DNA of 62,845 nucleotides, filler included, from Choristocarpus tenellus KU-1152 (taxonomy: Eukaryota; Protista; Phaeophyceae): assembly GCA_964200185.2 (NCBI GenBank). It is 11 parts of 11 records of this genome, joined end to end, with 100 filler letters (N's around TTAATTAATTAA, not from the genome) between each part and the next. Parts side by side here need not be neighbours in the genome. Positions count along the whole stretch, not along the records: positions 12,156 to 15,931 come from CAXNAD020017985.1; positions 16,032 to 19,888 come from CAXNAD020017537.1; positions 19,989 to 23,589 come from CAXNAD020019020.1; positions 23,690 to 31,080 come from CAXNAD020006225.1; 7 more parts are not named here. The stretch is one strand, 5' to 3'. The notes beneath the pieces were generated by a model that searched no databases, was not told the DNA's origin, and worked only from the letters and a program-made list of their open reading frames with translations. Numbering within the stretch: position 1 is the first letter of the stretch; each line of letters begins with the position of its first letter. This document shows positions 13,847 to 26,558 of the stretch, piece by piece. Made by a program: the position numbers and the translations under genes.

Positions 13847-14250
13847 TCGGAACAACTTCAGAACGGAATTCTTTGCATAATTCTTCGATTTTTTGTGTTG
13901 AAGTAGAATATTCCAAGGAATCCAACGCAAAAATCCGTTTTGTAGTCGGAGGTCATATCAAAGAGCTACAACTTAACCGCACACACTCATGTGATGATAT
14001 TCTTTCGGAAATATTTCAGAACGGAATTATTTTCAGAACACTTCGATTTTTCGATTCGATGTAGAATATTCCAAGGAATCCGACGCAATAATCCGTTTTG
14101 TCGTCAGAGGCCATGTCAAAGAGCTACAAGTTAACGGCACAGACTTATGGGAGATTCTCTCGGAACAATATCAGAATGGAGTTATTTGCAAAATTCTTCA
14201 ACTTTTTGTGGTAATGTAGAATATTTGAAGGAATCCTATGCAAAATTCTT
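13847..14250 (+). repeat. Diverged tandem array of an about 155-158-bp unit (about 2.6 copies)
   Basis: TCGGAA...TCAGAA(C/T)GGA starts at 13847, 14005 and 14160. GTAGAATATT...AAGGAATCC occurs in each unit. Confidence 0.9.
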
Positions 14251-14540
14251 CAACCTTTCCTAGGTCACAAACCACTCTTCAATTATGTTTCTACCAACAC
14301 CTTCCCTTCCCCTTCTACCTTTGATTGCCCGGTGTAAGGACTCTGGTCTTGGAATCCCTGTAGTTAGGTGCACGTGTTATGGTAGCATTGATGTTTATGG
14401 GTCTCGTTTTACCGTCCCACCCCTGTGGGGGATGGGCCCGTGTCCTGAGGGGTTCTGTTTAGTTGGTACTCCCGGTGTCTTTTCCTTTCTCCTCCCCCTC
14501 CTTGCCTTGTTTCCCTTCTCTCTCCCCTTCTTTGAAGCGG

Positions 14541-15574
14541 TCAAATTTTCAGAACCCACGTCTCCTCAGGAAACCACACTCCTTCCCTGCCACAAACACG
14601 AAACATGGATTGTACTCTCTCCCCCCCCCCAACTGAAACAGACGTCCCTTCTTGTACCCGTTCGTCCAGCCTTGGGGACTTTGACGACCTTGTCTCCCTC
14701 CATATGCCTGCCCTCTTCATGGATAGAGACCTCAGCTCTGAGCTATATAGTGACGGCAACATATTCTTTCCCTGACTCAGAGTTGTATCCAAGCTCTTGA
14801 ACTGTCGCAAGGGAGGAGGGGGGATCCACACTTCGGGGGGCTGGGGCGTGTTGTACTTGTTGCCAATAATATCTGCAGCCTTTGGTGTTTGTTTTGCCCA
14901 TGATGCTAAGTCTTCCCCCACTGCTCGATACAATAAGTCCACTATCCTTGGACGCTCAATCAGTATGGGTTTATTTGCCCCATAAGACATCCTCACCCTA
15001 CTCCTTGCTTCTTCCAGTTCTTCCATCACCTCCACTATCCTTCTCTTTTCTGGTTTCCACTCCTCCCCGTATCGGCAGATTTTTCCCATCACCGACACAA
15101 AGCAGTCAAACTTGTCAGGCATCTTGTATTCTCCTTTGTTAGTTGGTCTCCCGAACTCCCCTTTGGGACTGTACTCCTTTATGTCGAATGCTGTCAGGTT
15201 GCTCAGTTGTTCCAACACCACTTCTGTTACATCAGCTTTCTTGTCTATGATCCTTTGTAATTCTTTGTGTGTGGAACCCACATCCTTTGCTTGGATAACA
15301 AGGGATCTACCCTACCAGGACGAAGCATCTCCTGACATTCATTAGTCATCCTCCACACTTGAATCATCGTTTTTCCTTCATCCTTTCTGCTAACGATGAG
15401 AATTCTGTCTACCCACCCCTTCAATGGACTAATGTCACGTTGGAACGGTAAGCTTAGACGATTTGCTCCTCCCAATATCATCACAATGTGATTCATTCCT
15501 TTCATCAACTCGTCCACATCCTTAGACAGGGCCCATAATTCTTTCCTTCTTCCTTTTCTCTCCCTCTCCCTCAT
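14541..15574 (-). pseudogene. Intronless frameshifted ORF pair, possibly a retroelement gag/ORF1
   Basis: Overlapping 109-aa and 246-aa ORFs in different frames, charged and helical, no splice pattern, TE-rich context. No recognised motif. Confidence 0.35.
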
Positions 15575-15699
15575 TGCTCATGCCCATGTCTCTTCTGGTT
15601 CACTCGATCTCTTCTTACTCTTCTTGCCACCATTTGTTCCCTCTGGCCCTCCTCCTCTCTCATCTTCTTCCACTCCCCTACCTCTCCCTTCCTCCTTCT

Positions 15700-15880
15700 G
15701 ACTCAGAGTATTTTTTGGGGGGGGTGGCGGCTGTCCATTTGGGGTTAATTTTTTCATGTCGTGATTTTTGCTTGACTTGGTTGCATACGTTGGGTGGATA
15801 ATGTAAGTACAATTATCCTGGTCATGGCCAAAATGGACACCCTGGTGTAGATCCCCCCCCCCCCCAAGATACTTTGGGTC
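15700..15880. mobile_element. MITE family B, full length, TSD TTCT
   Basis: ttct|GACTCAGAGTATTT...AGATACTTTGGGTC|ttct. Confidence 0.93.
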
Positions 15881-15931
15881 TTCTAACCCCCTCTCTTGTC
15901 CATTCTTACCATAAATCCACCCCCCATTGAA

Positions 15932-16031
15932 NNNNNNNNNNNNNNNNNNNNNNNNNNNNNNNNNNNNNNNNNNNNTTAATTAATTAANNNNNNNNNNNNN
16001 NNNNNNNNNNNNNNNNNNNNNNNNNNNNNNN
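15932..16031. other. Artificial contig spacer
   Basis: N44-TTAATTAATTAA-N44. Confidence 0.97.
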
Positions 16032-17789
16032 TAAGACCGTTTTCGCAAAACAACCATCCTCATAGTCCCGCTCCTTCCTCAATTTTGAAAATCCACTGTT
16101 AATGGCGTTGTTTATGGAACCACCAATAAGACGCATCGCCTGTGACATCCTCCCCCAAAAAACTGCCTTTGAAATTCTTCACATTTGCATCCCCTCAATA
16201 TGAAAATATATGACTGAACGGCTCACGTTTATAAATTTAGAACTATAACGAAGCTTCAAAATACGTTTGTATTTTACTTTTGTATCCTTTCACTCTAACA
16301 CGAATTACAGCGATTGATTGTGTGATGATCCCCACTCACATGTAGTAATTGGGCTAGGACTATCACCTACTTATCTTCGTCCTTGTTTGTTGGTCCAGCA
16401 AAATCTTTGCAGTGTAGTCCGGAATAAAATGTGCTGTATATCTTACAATTATTATGCCAAGAAGTAGTGCATCGTTGTTATCAACACAACTCACTTCATA
16501 TATGATACTACCATGCATCCAGGTAGGTATAGAAACGTACTCTCTGCATATACGTACGAGGACCTCGATTGAGTGTACACACACCTGGACTGACGCGTTT
16601 GGTGTTCATAGTCGACCTCACTCGAAGAGTCATGTATCTCTAAAGAGGGTATCACAGGGGAATACATAGTAGCACAACGATGCAACTCAATCTTCGACTT
16701 GATGTTGGGTCAACTGGGAACTGGTTCTATATTTTTTTCTTTGTTGCAAATCGTTATTTCTGCCAATAGTAACCTTCCTAATCCTTTTTCGGCATCTAAT
16801 GTGGTGCTCAGACTGCCCCCTTCCCCCCTTTTCCCACCTACTGTTTTATACCCTTCAAAGCGTACACAATCCATAGGATTTGCTGCAACTACTACTGCAT
16901 TGCCTCTCCCTCTCTCCCCTCCTTGTGTTTTACTAGTTAGGTCCTGCATCTTTCACATCTAGCGCTAACACAGCATTTGATAGCCGCTGAATGTTTCCTC
17001 CTTGTTGCACTGTGGAAGGCAGCACCCAAATCAATCGATCAAGAATCATCACCTGTTTGCTGTTATTGTGTGGAATTGTGCATTCCCCCACCTATCACAC
17101 TCCTTTTCATGCCCTACTACGCATATGAGTCGCTCCTTTTTCTTTTGCTGAAATTGACTTGACTCAAATGATGGGCTCAGTCCAGTCTGTTCGGCGGCCC
17201 TTTTTCAACTTAGTGACTACGTTTGCTGGTTTCGAAACCTACTTCGCAGTGAATTCAAAAGTAGAATTGGGGTGCGTTTGATGGCATGCTTGTGTGAGTG
17301 GACCCACCACTTTGGTAGGGGGACCTTGACTTTGGTGGGGCAGTCTGATATCGAAGGGCGACTTTTTTGCGTTTCTGTATCTGGTCACTATTTCTCGAGG
17401 CGTAAATGGGTAAGTCTTCACCAACTATGTGACAGAATTATATGAGTACAGCGTAGGAAAGAGTGTAAACGTTACGCGGAAGTTTGCACCATCTGACAGA
17501 ATTATACGAGTAGTATACCACGGGAAAGAGTGTATTTTCAAACAGGGGTTGCAACTGTATGAGCCCATTAGATTCTTGAACTGTGAACGGACATTACAGT
17601 TTGAACTCAATACATGCTTCCCACATAAGCTGTACATCATCCTTTCTCTCTCTTCATCTAGACCGACTGGCCTCCTCTTCCTTCAAGGTAACCCTTCCAT
17701 GATATATTTCGTTTTCATGTTGATTTGTAGGCTAACACGCTTTTGACCAACATTTTTTTCAGATCGTGAAGGTTGAACTAACTCAGAAG

Positions 17790-18122
17790 GATCTGCCAGT
17801 AATCGATCCATCTCCCTTAAAATTGGATTGGTTGTGGCTTGGGTAGAAGATGGAGAAACACCATACAAAAAGGTTTATACGTTGAAGATCCAACAACCAA
17901 CTCCCCCTAACGGGATGGAAAACAAGTCTGAACGTAAAAGCTAGCCCTAAACCAAGAAGAAACTGCCAGTAGTCGATCGATCTCCTTTAAATTTCGATTG
18001 GTTTTGGCACCGACAGAAGATTGCACATCCAACATGAAAAAAGGCTTTCGACGTTAGTTGAAGATTCAATAACCACCTTCCCCAAACGTGACGGAATCCC
18101 AGCCTGAACGGAAAAGCTAGAA
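17790..18122. repeat. Old tandem duplication, two diverged units of about 175 bp
   Basis: TCGATC.ATCTCC.TTAAA.TT.GATTGGTT.TGGC at about 17803 and 17973; GTTGAAGAT...CTGAACG.AAAAGCTAG at about 17881 and 18057. Confidence 0.7.
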
Positions 18123-18668
18123 CAAACTCAACATAAGAACAAACTCTCATTCTGTACAGTCTGTTTGAACCCCTGGATTAACTCTACTTAGTACCCACAA
18201 TGGTGGGCCTCACCAGTTTTTGGTTGGAAAAGACAACATTTGTAACTAGGAAAGTGAACAAATACTGTTATAGAAGGAGTTGCATAGACGGGAAAGGCCT
18301 ATACAATTTTGAAAACATATCGAGTTGGTACAAAATTGAAAATTTTGATAGGGGGGCGGGTTAGACTTTCAAAACCATCGACCTCGACATGTGCCTGGTG
18401 TATGCACAAGGCTGGACTTGATTGCCCTCGGTTCATCAAAGGTTATTAACTTCACTACCCCAGGAAAGCATACACGTTTTTTCTTCTGGGATACCGCGCA
18501 GGGTTTGCCGTTGGCGCAAGACTCGCAGCGAAAGACATAAAAAAGGAGAGTTTCCTTCATACTTTTGACAGGTCAAGGTCTGCTGACTGTTGGATATTTT
18601 CGGAGGGAAGGGAAGGCGTCGTAGAGGTAGAACGAAAGGAGTCTGGGAGTTACTGTGGGTAGTAAAGC

Positions 18669-18792
18669 ATGTTCTACAGCCAGACCATTTTGGCAAAGAA
18701 AGGGCCACTCGGGAAGATATGGATCGCTGCGCACTGGGACAAGAAGCTTAACAAGACCCAGATCTTCCAGACCAATGTTAACACGTCTGTTG
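18669..18792 (+). CDS. RAD21: Cohesin kleisin RAD21/REC8 family, first coding exon only
   Basis: MFYSQTILAKKGPLGKIWIAAHWDKKLNKTQIFQTNV followed by a G|GTAAGT donor. Confidence 0.92.
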
Positions 18793-19844
18793 GTAAGTCC
18801 CTAATCCATTCCTCTCCCTTTTCGTCGTCCCCCCAGTATCATCGGTTGTGCGTTGGCGTCGACTGCTTGACAGCATGGAGGTCAAGTTGTTGAATCGTTA
18901 AGATGACACCAACGGAACGGCCCATTCAACCCACACACTATAGCTTCCCTTCTTTTCTCCTCTTTCCCTCGCAACGACCTGTTAGTCTATACTCTCAGAG
19001 CGCAGTCGATATGTGGAAGGGTAACCCCTTGTGCCTCAAACCATCTTTCTTATTTTGGGATACCTAGATTGACATTCGCACCCCATCGATCTTCAACGTC
19101 CGCCGTAATTTTTGCGGAAGACTCATTCGTTCTCTACCCGGCCAAATCTACAGCTATTTGTTACCCTTCTGGAGAAATGAACTCTCCTAGTTTTAATGGC
19201 TGTATTGTGATACGACCTGTGCAGTATCTACTATATCACGAACCCTAACCCTATCCCGAGCAACCTAAGTCCTAGTCTTACAACGCCCTGTTCCCCCGTA
19301 ACTCCCCCCTCCTTCCACTGCCCACTGTCATTACCCTTTTTTTCTTGGAATGACTTCAATTGTTGCAGTGCCCCTCAATCAAGAAATCTCTATTTCAACC
19401 AATTTACCACAACTCTCCCCACCACTTACCCCCCGTTGCACTCTTCGAGTTAATGGCACGAATTTGTGGATGGCAACAACAACAACATTGACGCTAGCCT
19501 TAATCCTATTATTTTGGTTTCGGTGTGTCAATAAGCAATTCATTTGGTTGTTATATATCAACAACAAACTGACACTGATCCCCTATACAAGATTCACCTT
19601 ACTGAATAACAATTTTCTCACAGAGCATTCTAGATTAAACTTGAGGTTAAGGGTGTTGTCCACAATATTGCTTGATGTTTGAAAACAAGCAATATGTTAC
19701 AACATGAACACACATTCCGCAAAGTCCACCTTTCCCCGCTTTCTTACCTTTCAAAACCCACACCCCAGCTCTCTTGCCTACCCTCCTCCTGGCTTCTCTC
19801 TTACCCCCCCCCCTCCCCCCCTCCCCTATTTAACCACAGTCTCA

Positions 19845-19888
<44 letters not shown>
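19845..19888. repeat. (ACCCTC)n telomere-variant microsatellite at contig end
   Basis: About 7 perfect hexamer units running into the spacer. Confidence 0.9.
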
Positions 19889-19988
19889 NNNNNNNNNNNN
19901 NNNNNNNNNNNNNNNNNNNNNNNNNNNNNNNNTTAATTAATTAANNNNNNNNNNNNNNNNNNNNNNNNNNNNNNNNNNNNNNNNNNNN
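19889..19988. other. Artificial contig spacer
   Basis: N44-TTAATTAATTAA-N44. Confidence 0.97.
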
Positions 19989-22900
19989 TCTTTCTTGCTG
20001 CACTTCCACCGGTCCTTGGGATGTCCAGTACAAACAGGCGTTCTTCTGGGTATGCGCCCACACCCAGTTCCACACCCCCTTCAACCCGATCGTGGAATGG
20101 AGGCTGCATGGGAGGGGGGGTGTCCAGGGTGGTTTTTTCGTCCATGGGGATAGGAAGAAGTAGAGACAAACAAAAAAAGAGTTACAAGACAAAAGGGAGA
20201 TTGTATATCGATACCAACATTAAAAACAACTTCAAGACAAGGGAAACGTGATGAGGGAGAGAGGTAAAGGGAGCAAACGCCTCCGGTGGAAGGAGGCCCG
20301 TGGTTTCTACTAAACGCTCAAAAGGCGCCCTTGAAGAAGCCCCTCCTGCCCAATGGGGTCAATAATATGAACAGTGCGAACGCTGGGAATGAGCAGGGGG
20401 GAAAGCGAGGCAATAACTATTTCTTACCTGGGGATATACATACTCGTGGAAGACATCTCGTAAGGATGGGATGATAATGAAGTGTGTGGGCAGGCTGGGG
20501 CCATCTACAAAGAGAGTGTCAAGCTTGTCTGATATTCGGAGTTTGAAGAGGGTCTCGAAGTCCACTGCCTCTGATCTACCATCCATGCACTCCACTGATG
20601 CATCCCCACTCGCCACCTATCCACACAGCAATCAATCAGTGAAATGGTGCAAGCGGCAAGAGGAGAGATGAGGGGCAGGAAAGATCCACGTAAGAGGATA
20701 AGTGGGAAGTAAGATGAGAAGGGATGGGTAAGGTGCAAAAGTGCCAGGGAAGGGGGAAGGCTAGGTCACGCAGGGCCAGCACAAAAAGTTTGAGAATAGT
20801 ACTAACTTATAGTATTGATGTATCAGTAGGGATAGTGCAGAGCGGGGACCGGGAGCAGAACAGGTGATGTGGTTCAACCACAGGTAAAAATCAGGAGCCA
20901 GCACGGGCAAGATGAAAAAAGGTAAATACTTTATCTTAGGATAACCAAGGAGAAGGAATGGGGTCAGTCAGTTTGGCTAGTGGTTAATGTTGAGGCTGGG
21001 GGGTCAAAGGAGAGGGACCAGGGTATCAGAGTGGAAGTGAGGGGGACAAGGAAGGGTGCCGTTCCCAAGGTCCTCGAGGGTGAGGTGGGGGAAGGTTTAC
21101 TCTTGGCATATAGAGGGTGCTGTTGGAGTTGGCAAGAAACGAAACCAGCAGCATTTTCTGAACTTCATGAGCACATGCTTTCTTACCTTACCGGTAAGTA
21201 CCTCTAGAACAGCAACCATGTCCCTCTCATTTCCACTTCCACATTTGGTCCCTTTGCTGCACTACCCTCAGCCACAACGTCACAACATCTATTCCCCTCA
21301 ACCCTATCCCTAACCCTAACCAACTATTGGTGCTGGTCTTCTATTAGGTCTCAATTATCCCCATAATAAGGGACTCCTGGCACTCAAACTGTCTTTGTGC
21401 TTAGACCACATACCATCTGTTTGCTCTCTACCCTTCCTACAACACATTTTTGTAGTAGTGTCTGGTTGTACTGTGCACTACTATTTTTCCCTTCACTTCT
21501 GGAGCGCTGAGGTAATGCCACCTAGCCCCCCTCAATCACCTCGGAACAGATCATTGTCCTGATGAGAGACAGAGTAGCCAGGATAGGAATACAGGGTAGC
21601 AGAGAGGTGTGCATACATCTGACCCTAACCCTAACCCTATCCCAAAGGTGTATATCACAGTGCTATTCCTGCGTGAGCAAAACCCGATGATAGTCACAAC
21701 CAATAGCACAGCAGACATTCAAATCCTACCAAAAACACAACGACCTCCAATTGAACACAAATATCCTTTCTTCATTCCATCAATTCATTAGACACAACCA
21801 ATGCCTATTACATACCAACAGAACTTCGTCCTCACTCCCACTTCCCTCCTTGGCCTTGACCCTTCCCAAATAACTGCCCCCTGCGCCCACAAACCACTCA
21901 GCAAGTCGAAAAAAAACAAAACTAGGCATATAAAAAAATCACATACAATTGTGACGGACATGGGTCAAAAATCTGGTGTGAGGGTCAACCTCTGCTCCAA
22001 CATCATGCAGTTCCACCCATCACTCTATCACCCAGCCAAACTAACATAACTTTCCCTATGATGATGCTTCCAAAACAGAACAAAACACAAGACATAAAGC
22101 TGCCAGAGGATGTATTGGATTTTTTACCTGCACCCCTACAGTAGACCATTGCTACCCCCAGCCACCAATAAAAAAACTGACCTTGGGGTGCATTGCGTCA
22201 ACAAAGGGTCCCACAAGGATCACCACGTCAGGCTGTTTTGCCTTCACCACTCCCAAGAGGTCATTCAGAGGCTCGTATGCCAGACTATCAGTTGTGGAAA
22301 AAGGCCCTGCTGCAACCAGCAATGACAGGGGTTGCCCGCCCCCTTCCTCAGCACCATGCTGCAGCTGCTCTAGCTGAGATGGAGTCGAGGCTGGAAGGGG
22401 ATGTGGCACCCCTTCAATAATACCTCGAACCATCATGCGACTGCCTGAACTGTTCACACCCCGCACTGCCACCACCTGTCCTGGAAAGAAGGCAAAGGAT
22501 GTCAGCTCCTTGACATCCAGGTGCACCCGCTGGCCTCCACTGTCTCGCCGTGAACCCTGCAAATCAGTCAACACAACAGGGGACAGAGAGGTAAAGTATT
22601 GCAAAGGGCATGAGTTAGGTTGGAAGAGTAGGTTGACGGGTTGAGCCAGGGAACAGAAGAGAGGCTTAGTCATTGCAGAAACCAAAGATTGGTGTGGACA
22701 GGCCTGACATGCAATCTCAAGCAAGGTATGAACAAAGTGTGACATCTACCCCTTGCATGAAATTCTTGCCCCACCTGTGCTTTGAAACATAGGTGCAGCA
22801 ATCCACACCTTCTACTCCCTCACCATTGCTCACCTACAGATAGATCTATACACACCCATACCCTGGCTGTGAGCGTCTATTAACCACACAAATCTCTCAG

Positions 22901-23546
22901 TGTCCCCTCATTGGATAATGTCTTCCAGGTCATCTTCCATGCACTTTACAACAGCAGACACCTACAAGCCTTAGTTCAGAGGCAAAACCTACAGCTGTCA
23001 TGCAAAGGAAAAATATCAGTACGTAAGAATATTTTGTATCTTTTCCCCTCTCTTCCCTCCCTGGGTAGATGAGACCCAGCGTGCAACAAAAATGTCCCCT
23101 CGAAGTTGGCTTTTATGTTACCATGAAGTACTTCCACCTTCCTCACAACTCCTCTTTCAATCACCTCCAACACAGCAGAACCATCTATCACCACTAAAGC
23201 ACCTTACTACACACATCTTCACACCTCAAGAATGATGGAGGCACGGTTGATCTTCCCTTCCGAGGTCTCACAGCACACACGGCCCACTACCACCACCTCC
23301 TCCTGCCGTGGTACTCCTACAGGTGTCAACTCCCCTAGACCATACTTAGCCACCATCTCCTCCTGCAGTCGTAGCAGACCAGCCTCCAAGGCTGCTGCCC
23401 GCTCCTCCAAAGGTGTATACATGTATCTATATTTGGCAGGTGCGCCAACTGACGAGTCCACTCTAATCTTGCATTGTGTAGCCAATCGGTGGTGTGGGAC
23501 TGGAGCTGTCCTGCGCAGACCAAGAACAGGGTTATACTCCACTGTC
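19989..23546 (-). CDS. POLA2: DNA polymerase alpha subunit B, internal part. Exons 23546-23225, 22556-22182, 20616-20428, 20103-19989
   Basis: YRYMY...VVVVGRVCCETSEGKINRASIILEGSRRDSGGQRVHLD...FFPGQVVAVRGVNSSG...VAAGPFSTTDSLAYEPLNDLL...PDVVILVGPFVD...IIPSLRDVFHEYVYPQPPF. Confidence 0.94.
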
Positions 23547-23589
23547 CTGGAAATAATATCACAGTAAGGGCGTGGGGGCAGGGGGGGAG

Positions 23590-23689
23590 NNNNNNNNNNN
23601 NNNNNNNNNNNNNNNNNNNNNNNNNNNNNNNNNTTAATTAATTAANNNNNNNNNNNNNNNNNNNNNNNNNNNNNNNNNNNNNNNNNNNN
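23590..23689. other. Artificial contig spacer
   Basis: N44-TTAATTAATTAA-N44. Confidence 0.97.
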
Positions 23690-26132
23690 CCAGTGCAGTG
23701 CACCAATCAACAGTCAGTACAAGCTGGTAGATGTGTATCATATCAACAAGAAACAAATGAGTAGCCTATGTTTTAACATGCATCATCCGTGCTTGTTCTG
23801 AGCAGATTCACTATATTCTCTCCCAGTTCCTGGGTATCTCCAGAGTATAAACCCCTGTAGTCCACCCTGGGTTGTTCAGCTACCCTGACTGATCTCCGTT
23901 GTACACTAGGTGAACTTGTCGAGTTCTTGCCCGCGGCTGTTCCTTGTGGTATCGGATCGACTACAATATCGAAATCCCGATCAGAGCCGTCTTCAGTATC
24001 GGAAGTCTCTTCATCATCCGTCAAAGTCATGGTCTCTCTCTCCCCCATGAAATCCATGATGTGTTCGTCTGGCTCGAACGTCACTTGGGCTGAGGTTACC
24101 AACTTAGCCTCTTGAGGAAGCCAGATGTACCAACACAGTGATGCACAGTCGTGTCCCATGATTATACCCTGCTTGGCGTATGGGTGAAAATTTGAACTGG
24201 CTCCCCCCTGCTGCTTGTCCTGGTGAACATAGCACTCGCTCCCGCAGGTCCAAAGCCTAACGTAGTTAAAAGATTTACCTGCTAGACGCTCGCATGGCGT
24301 CTCTCCTCCTAGGTATTCAGGTATTCGTGTGGCATGCCTCCAGTCTTGAAGGCGACATCCGTGATGGCAAAGAACCAGTACTAATCGCCTAGCCCAGCCT
24401 TTGCCAGTTGACTCCTTGCTGCCCCTATGAGTTGCTTTATGGCCCTTCTGGCGATCCCATTGCTCTGTGGTGTTCTTGGTGGAGATTTCCTCTATCGGGT
24501 ACCGTTGTTCGCCAGCATCCTTTGGAACTTCACCAATCTCCCAAGCTCGCCAGCACCATCCCCACTGACGCATTGGGCTTGTATACCTTCCCTTGCCATC
24601 TGGTCGATATAGGCAGCGGTTGCGCCCGTCGCTGAATTTTGGTTTTAATCCGCCAAAGCAGTGTGGACAACCTCGTTGGGCTGCTTGGGGGTCCTACCAC
24701 CCCGTTGATAGGTTAAGGCCTTGGATTTGCATTCCTTGCAGGTCTCGCACCGCAATTCTGACGCCACAGTAGCGTCGGTGATCTCCAAAAGTCCACGTTT
24801 CTCGAGATACTAAATTGCTAATGAGTTGATGCGTCCCAATGTGTTGTGCCAGTCCCTCAATGTCAGCCTCTGCTTTTGGTTGGCTCGTGCAGCGCTGGCT
24901 CTCTGTTCTTGTTCCATGGTGATTATGGTTCCAGTTAAATTTAAGAAATCCCTCGACCTTTGTAGGTTTATCTTGGGCGAATTCCTGGAGGTCCTAAATT
25001 CTCCTCCATTCCGTTATATGCTTCCAGTACTCAATATGCGGCATGGTAGACTTGGCACCCATAGAACATCCTTCAGAACCACTCTTGTTCGTTTGCCGTC
25101 CTTGTCTGTCACCATTAGAACCATATCCCCTATTTCCTTCGCTTCCAATTTCCCATTGTTACCGAAGGTGCTTGTCCGTTTGGTGCCCCGAGTGCTTATG
25201 AGATCTTCACGATCAGGTGTAAGATGTACGTTTGCTCTGGAGTCACACAATTATCTCGACTTGTCTTCCACTGGAGGAGTTAAACACTGCACTTGTATTA
25301 ACCTCCTCGTCTGCGGTCACCTTGAAAGTGGAGAAGGAGCGCGCTTGGTTCCCATCAACTCTGTTGCTGCTCCCACCAGGTGGAGGTGGCGGAAATGTTC
25401 TCACATGTGCCATCCGAGGCGGACATGTTGCAGGTGGCTCTCCATTCAAATATGAATGACACTTCCGCCATTGATGGTTTATCTTCAAGCAGTATGCACA
25501 TTGGTTTGGTTTGGGGCCGCTTCCAGCTGATCCCCTGGTCTTCTGAGCATGATCGTTCCTTACATTACCATCCATTGCCAATACCTCATCATGCCCATCT
25601 TGACCTGAGTGAAGGTAAGATATCCATGAAATGATTGCCCGTTTGAGCTCCTCATAGCTGATGTCCGGGCGTGCTATTAATTGTGTTAACACATGTGGCA
25701 TCGCTTCCTTGATCCCAAGCAGTATAGATGCCCTCTTCATGCTTTGAGATTTTGGCTCCTTGAGCTCTTCATATTCCGAAAATAGTCGCTCTAGCTTAAC
25801 GACAAAATCAGTGCTGTCCTGAGACGCCGCGCACCACAGTTCTCAGAGTTTTGCCTCGAAAGTGATGACCTGGTTGGGAATCTCGTCCTCAGCGCGTCCT
25901 CCGTAGACTCTTTCTAGTTCCAACGAGGCCCTCTTAATGTTTTCCGATTTTTCCTCCTTGAGTTCCTCGAATTCCGAAAATAGTCTGGCTGACCCCCGTT
26001 TTCGTAACGTGCAACGATTGCCGATGCTGATCCCTTTGTTGCTTGAATACGCAGGAACCATAACGCCTTGTTCTTCATATACGAGGCATGTGCCATTCGC
26101 ACTGCCTCTCCTGAGATGGTGGTGGGTGTCTT

Positions 26133-26389
26133 GAGTTAAAGTATCTTAGAGGGTACGAGTTTTTCCCTGCTTGTCCATTTAGGGCTTGTCTTCCCTCAGG
26201 TTTCCAATGACATTTACCTACTCCAAAATGTTTCGGAGTTGGTAAAACGTTTACTTTATGAAAAGGAGTATCCAGAACACGGATATTGACATCTCCAAAC
26301 AAACATGATAGCCAAAATTACATCAAAATTGCAACATTGGATTTGACCTCCACATGGACACAGCACAACCCTCTAAGATACTTTGACTC
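26133..26389. mobile_element. MITE family A inserted in copia gag, apparent 3-bp TSD CTT
   Basis: ctt|GAGTTAAAGTATCTTAGAGGGT...ACCCTCTAAGATACTTTGACTC|ctt. Confidence 0.95.
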
Positions 26390-26547
26390 CTTAGGAATCT
26401 CGTTGTCGATCGTCGTAATCCCGTACAAACCCTTTCCACCAGTGTGGCTTATGAATGATAGTCTCTAAGTGGACCAGGTCTCCAATGACCTTCCTGTGGC
26501 CCCCGTCCAGACAGAAAGTTTATTCAAATTGGTCTCCATACTACTAA

Positions 26548-26558
26548 GGCTCGTAACC
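26548..26558 (-). promoter_or_regulatory. Copia primer-binding site directly after the LTR terminal CA
   Basis: Minus strand ...GCACA|GGTTACGAGCC, 8 nt before the gag ATG. Resembles the GGTTATGAGCC half-tRNAiMet type of PBS. Confidence 0.7.

Noticed and set aside
13847-14250. CRISPR-like repeat/spacer array
   Set aside because: Whole units are homologous with no unique spacers, no cas genes are present, and the context is eukaryotic
19845-19888. True chromosome end
   Set aside because: The repeat is the CCCTCA variant, lies in a RAD21 intron, and has the C-rich strand running toward the end, the wrong orientation for a telomere
197-23546. Apparent cluster of CRN, ClpP, RAD21 and POLA2
   Set aside because: The genes lie on separate pieces joined by artificial spacers, so adjacency carries no information
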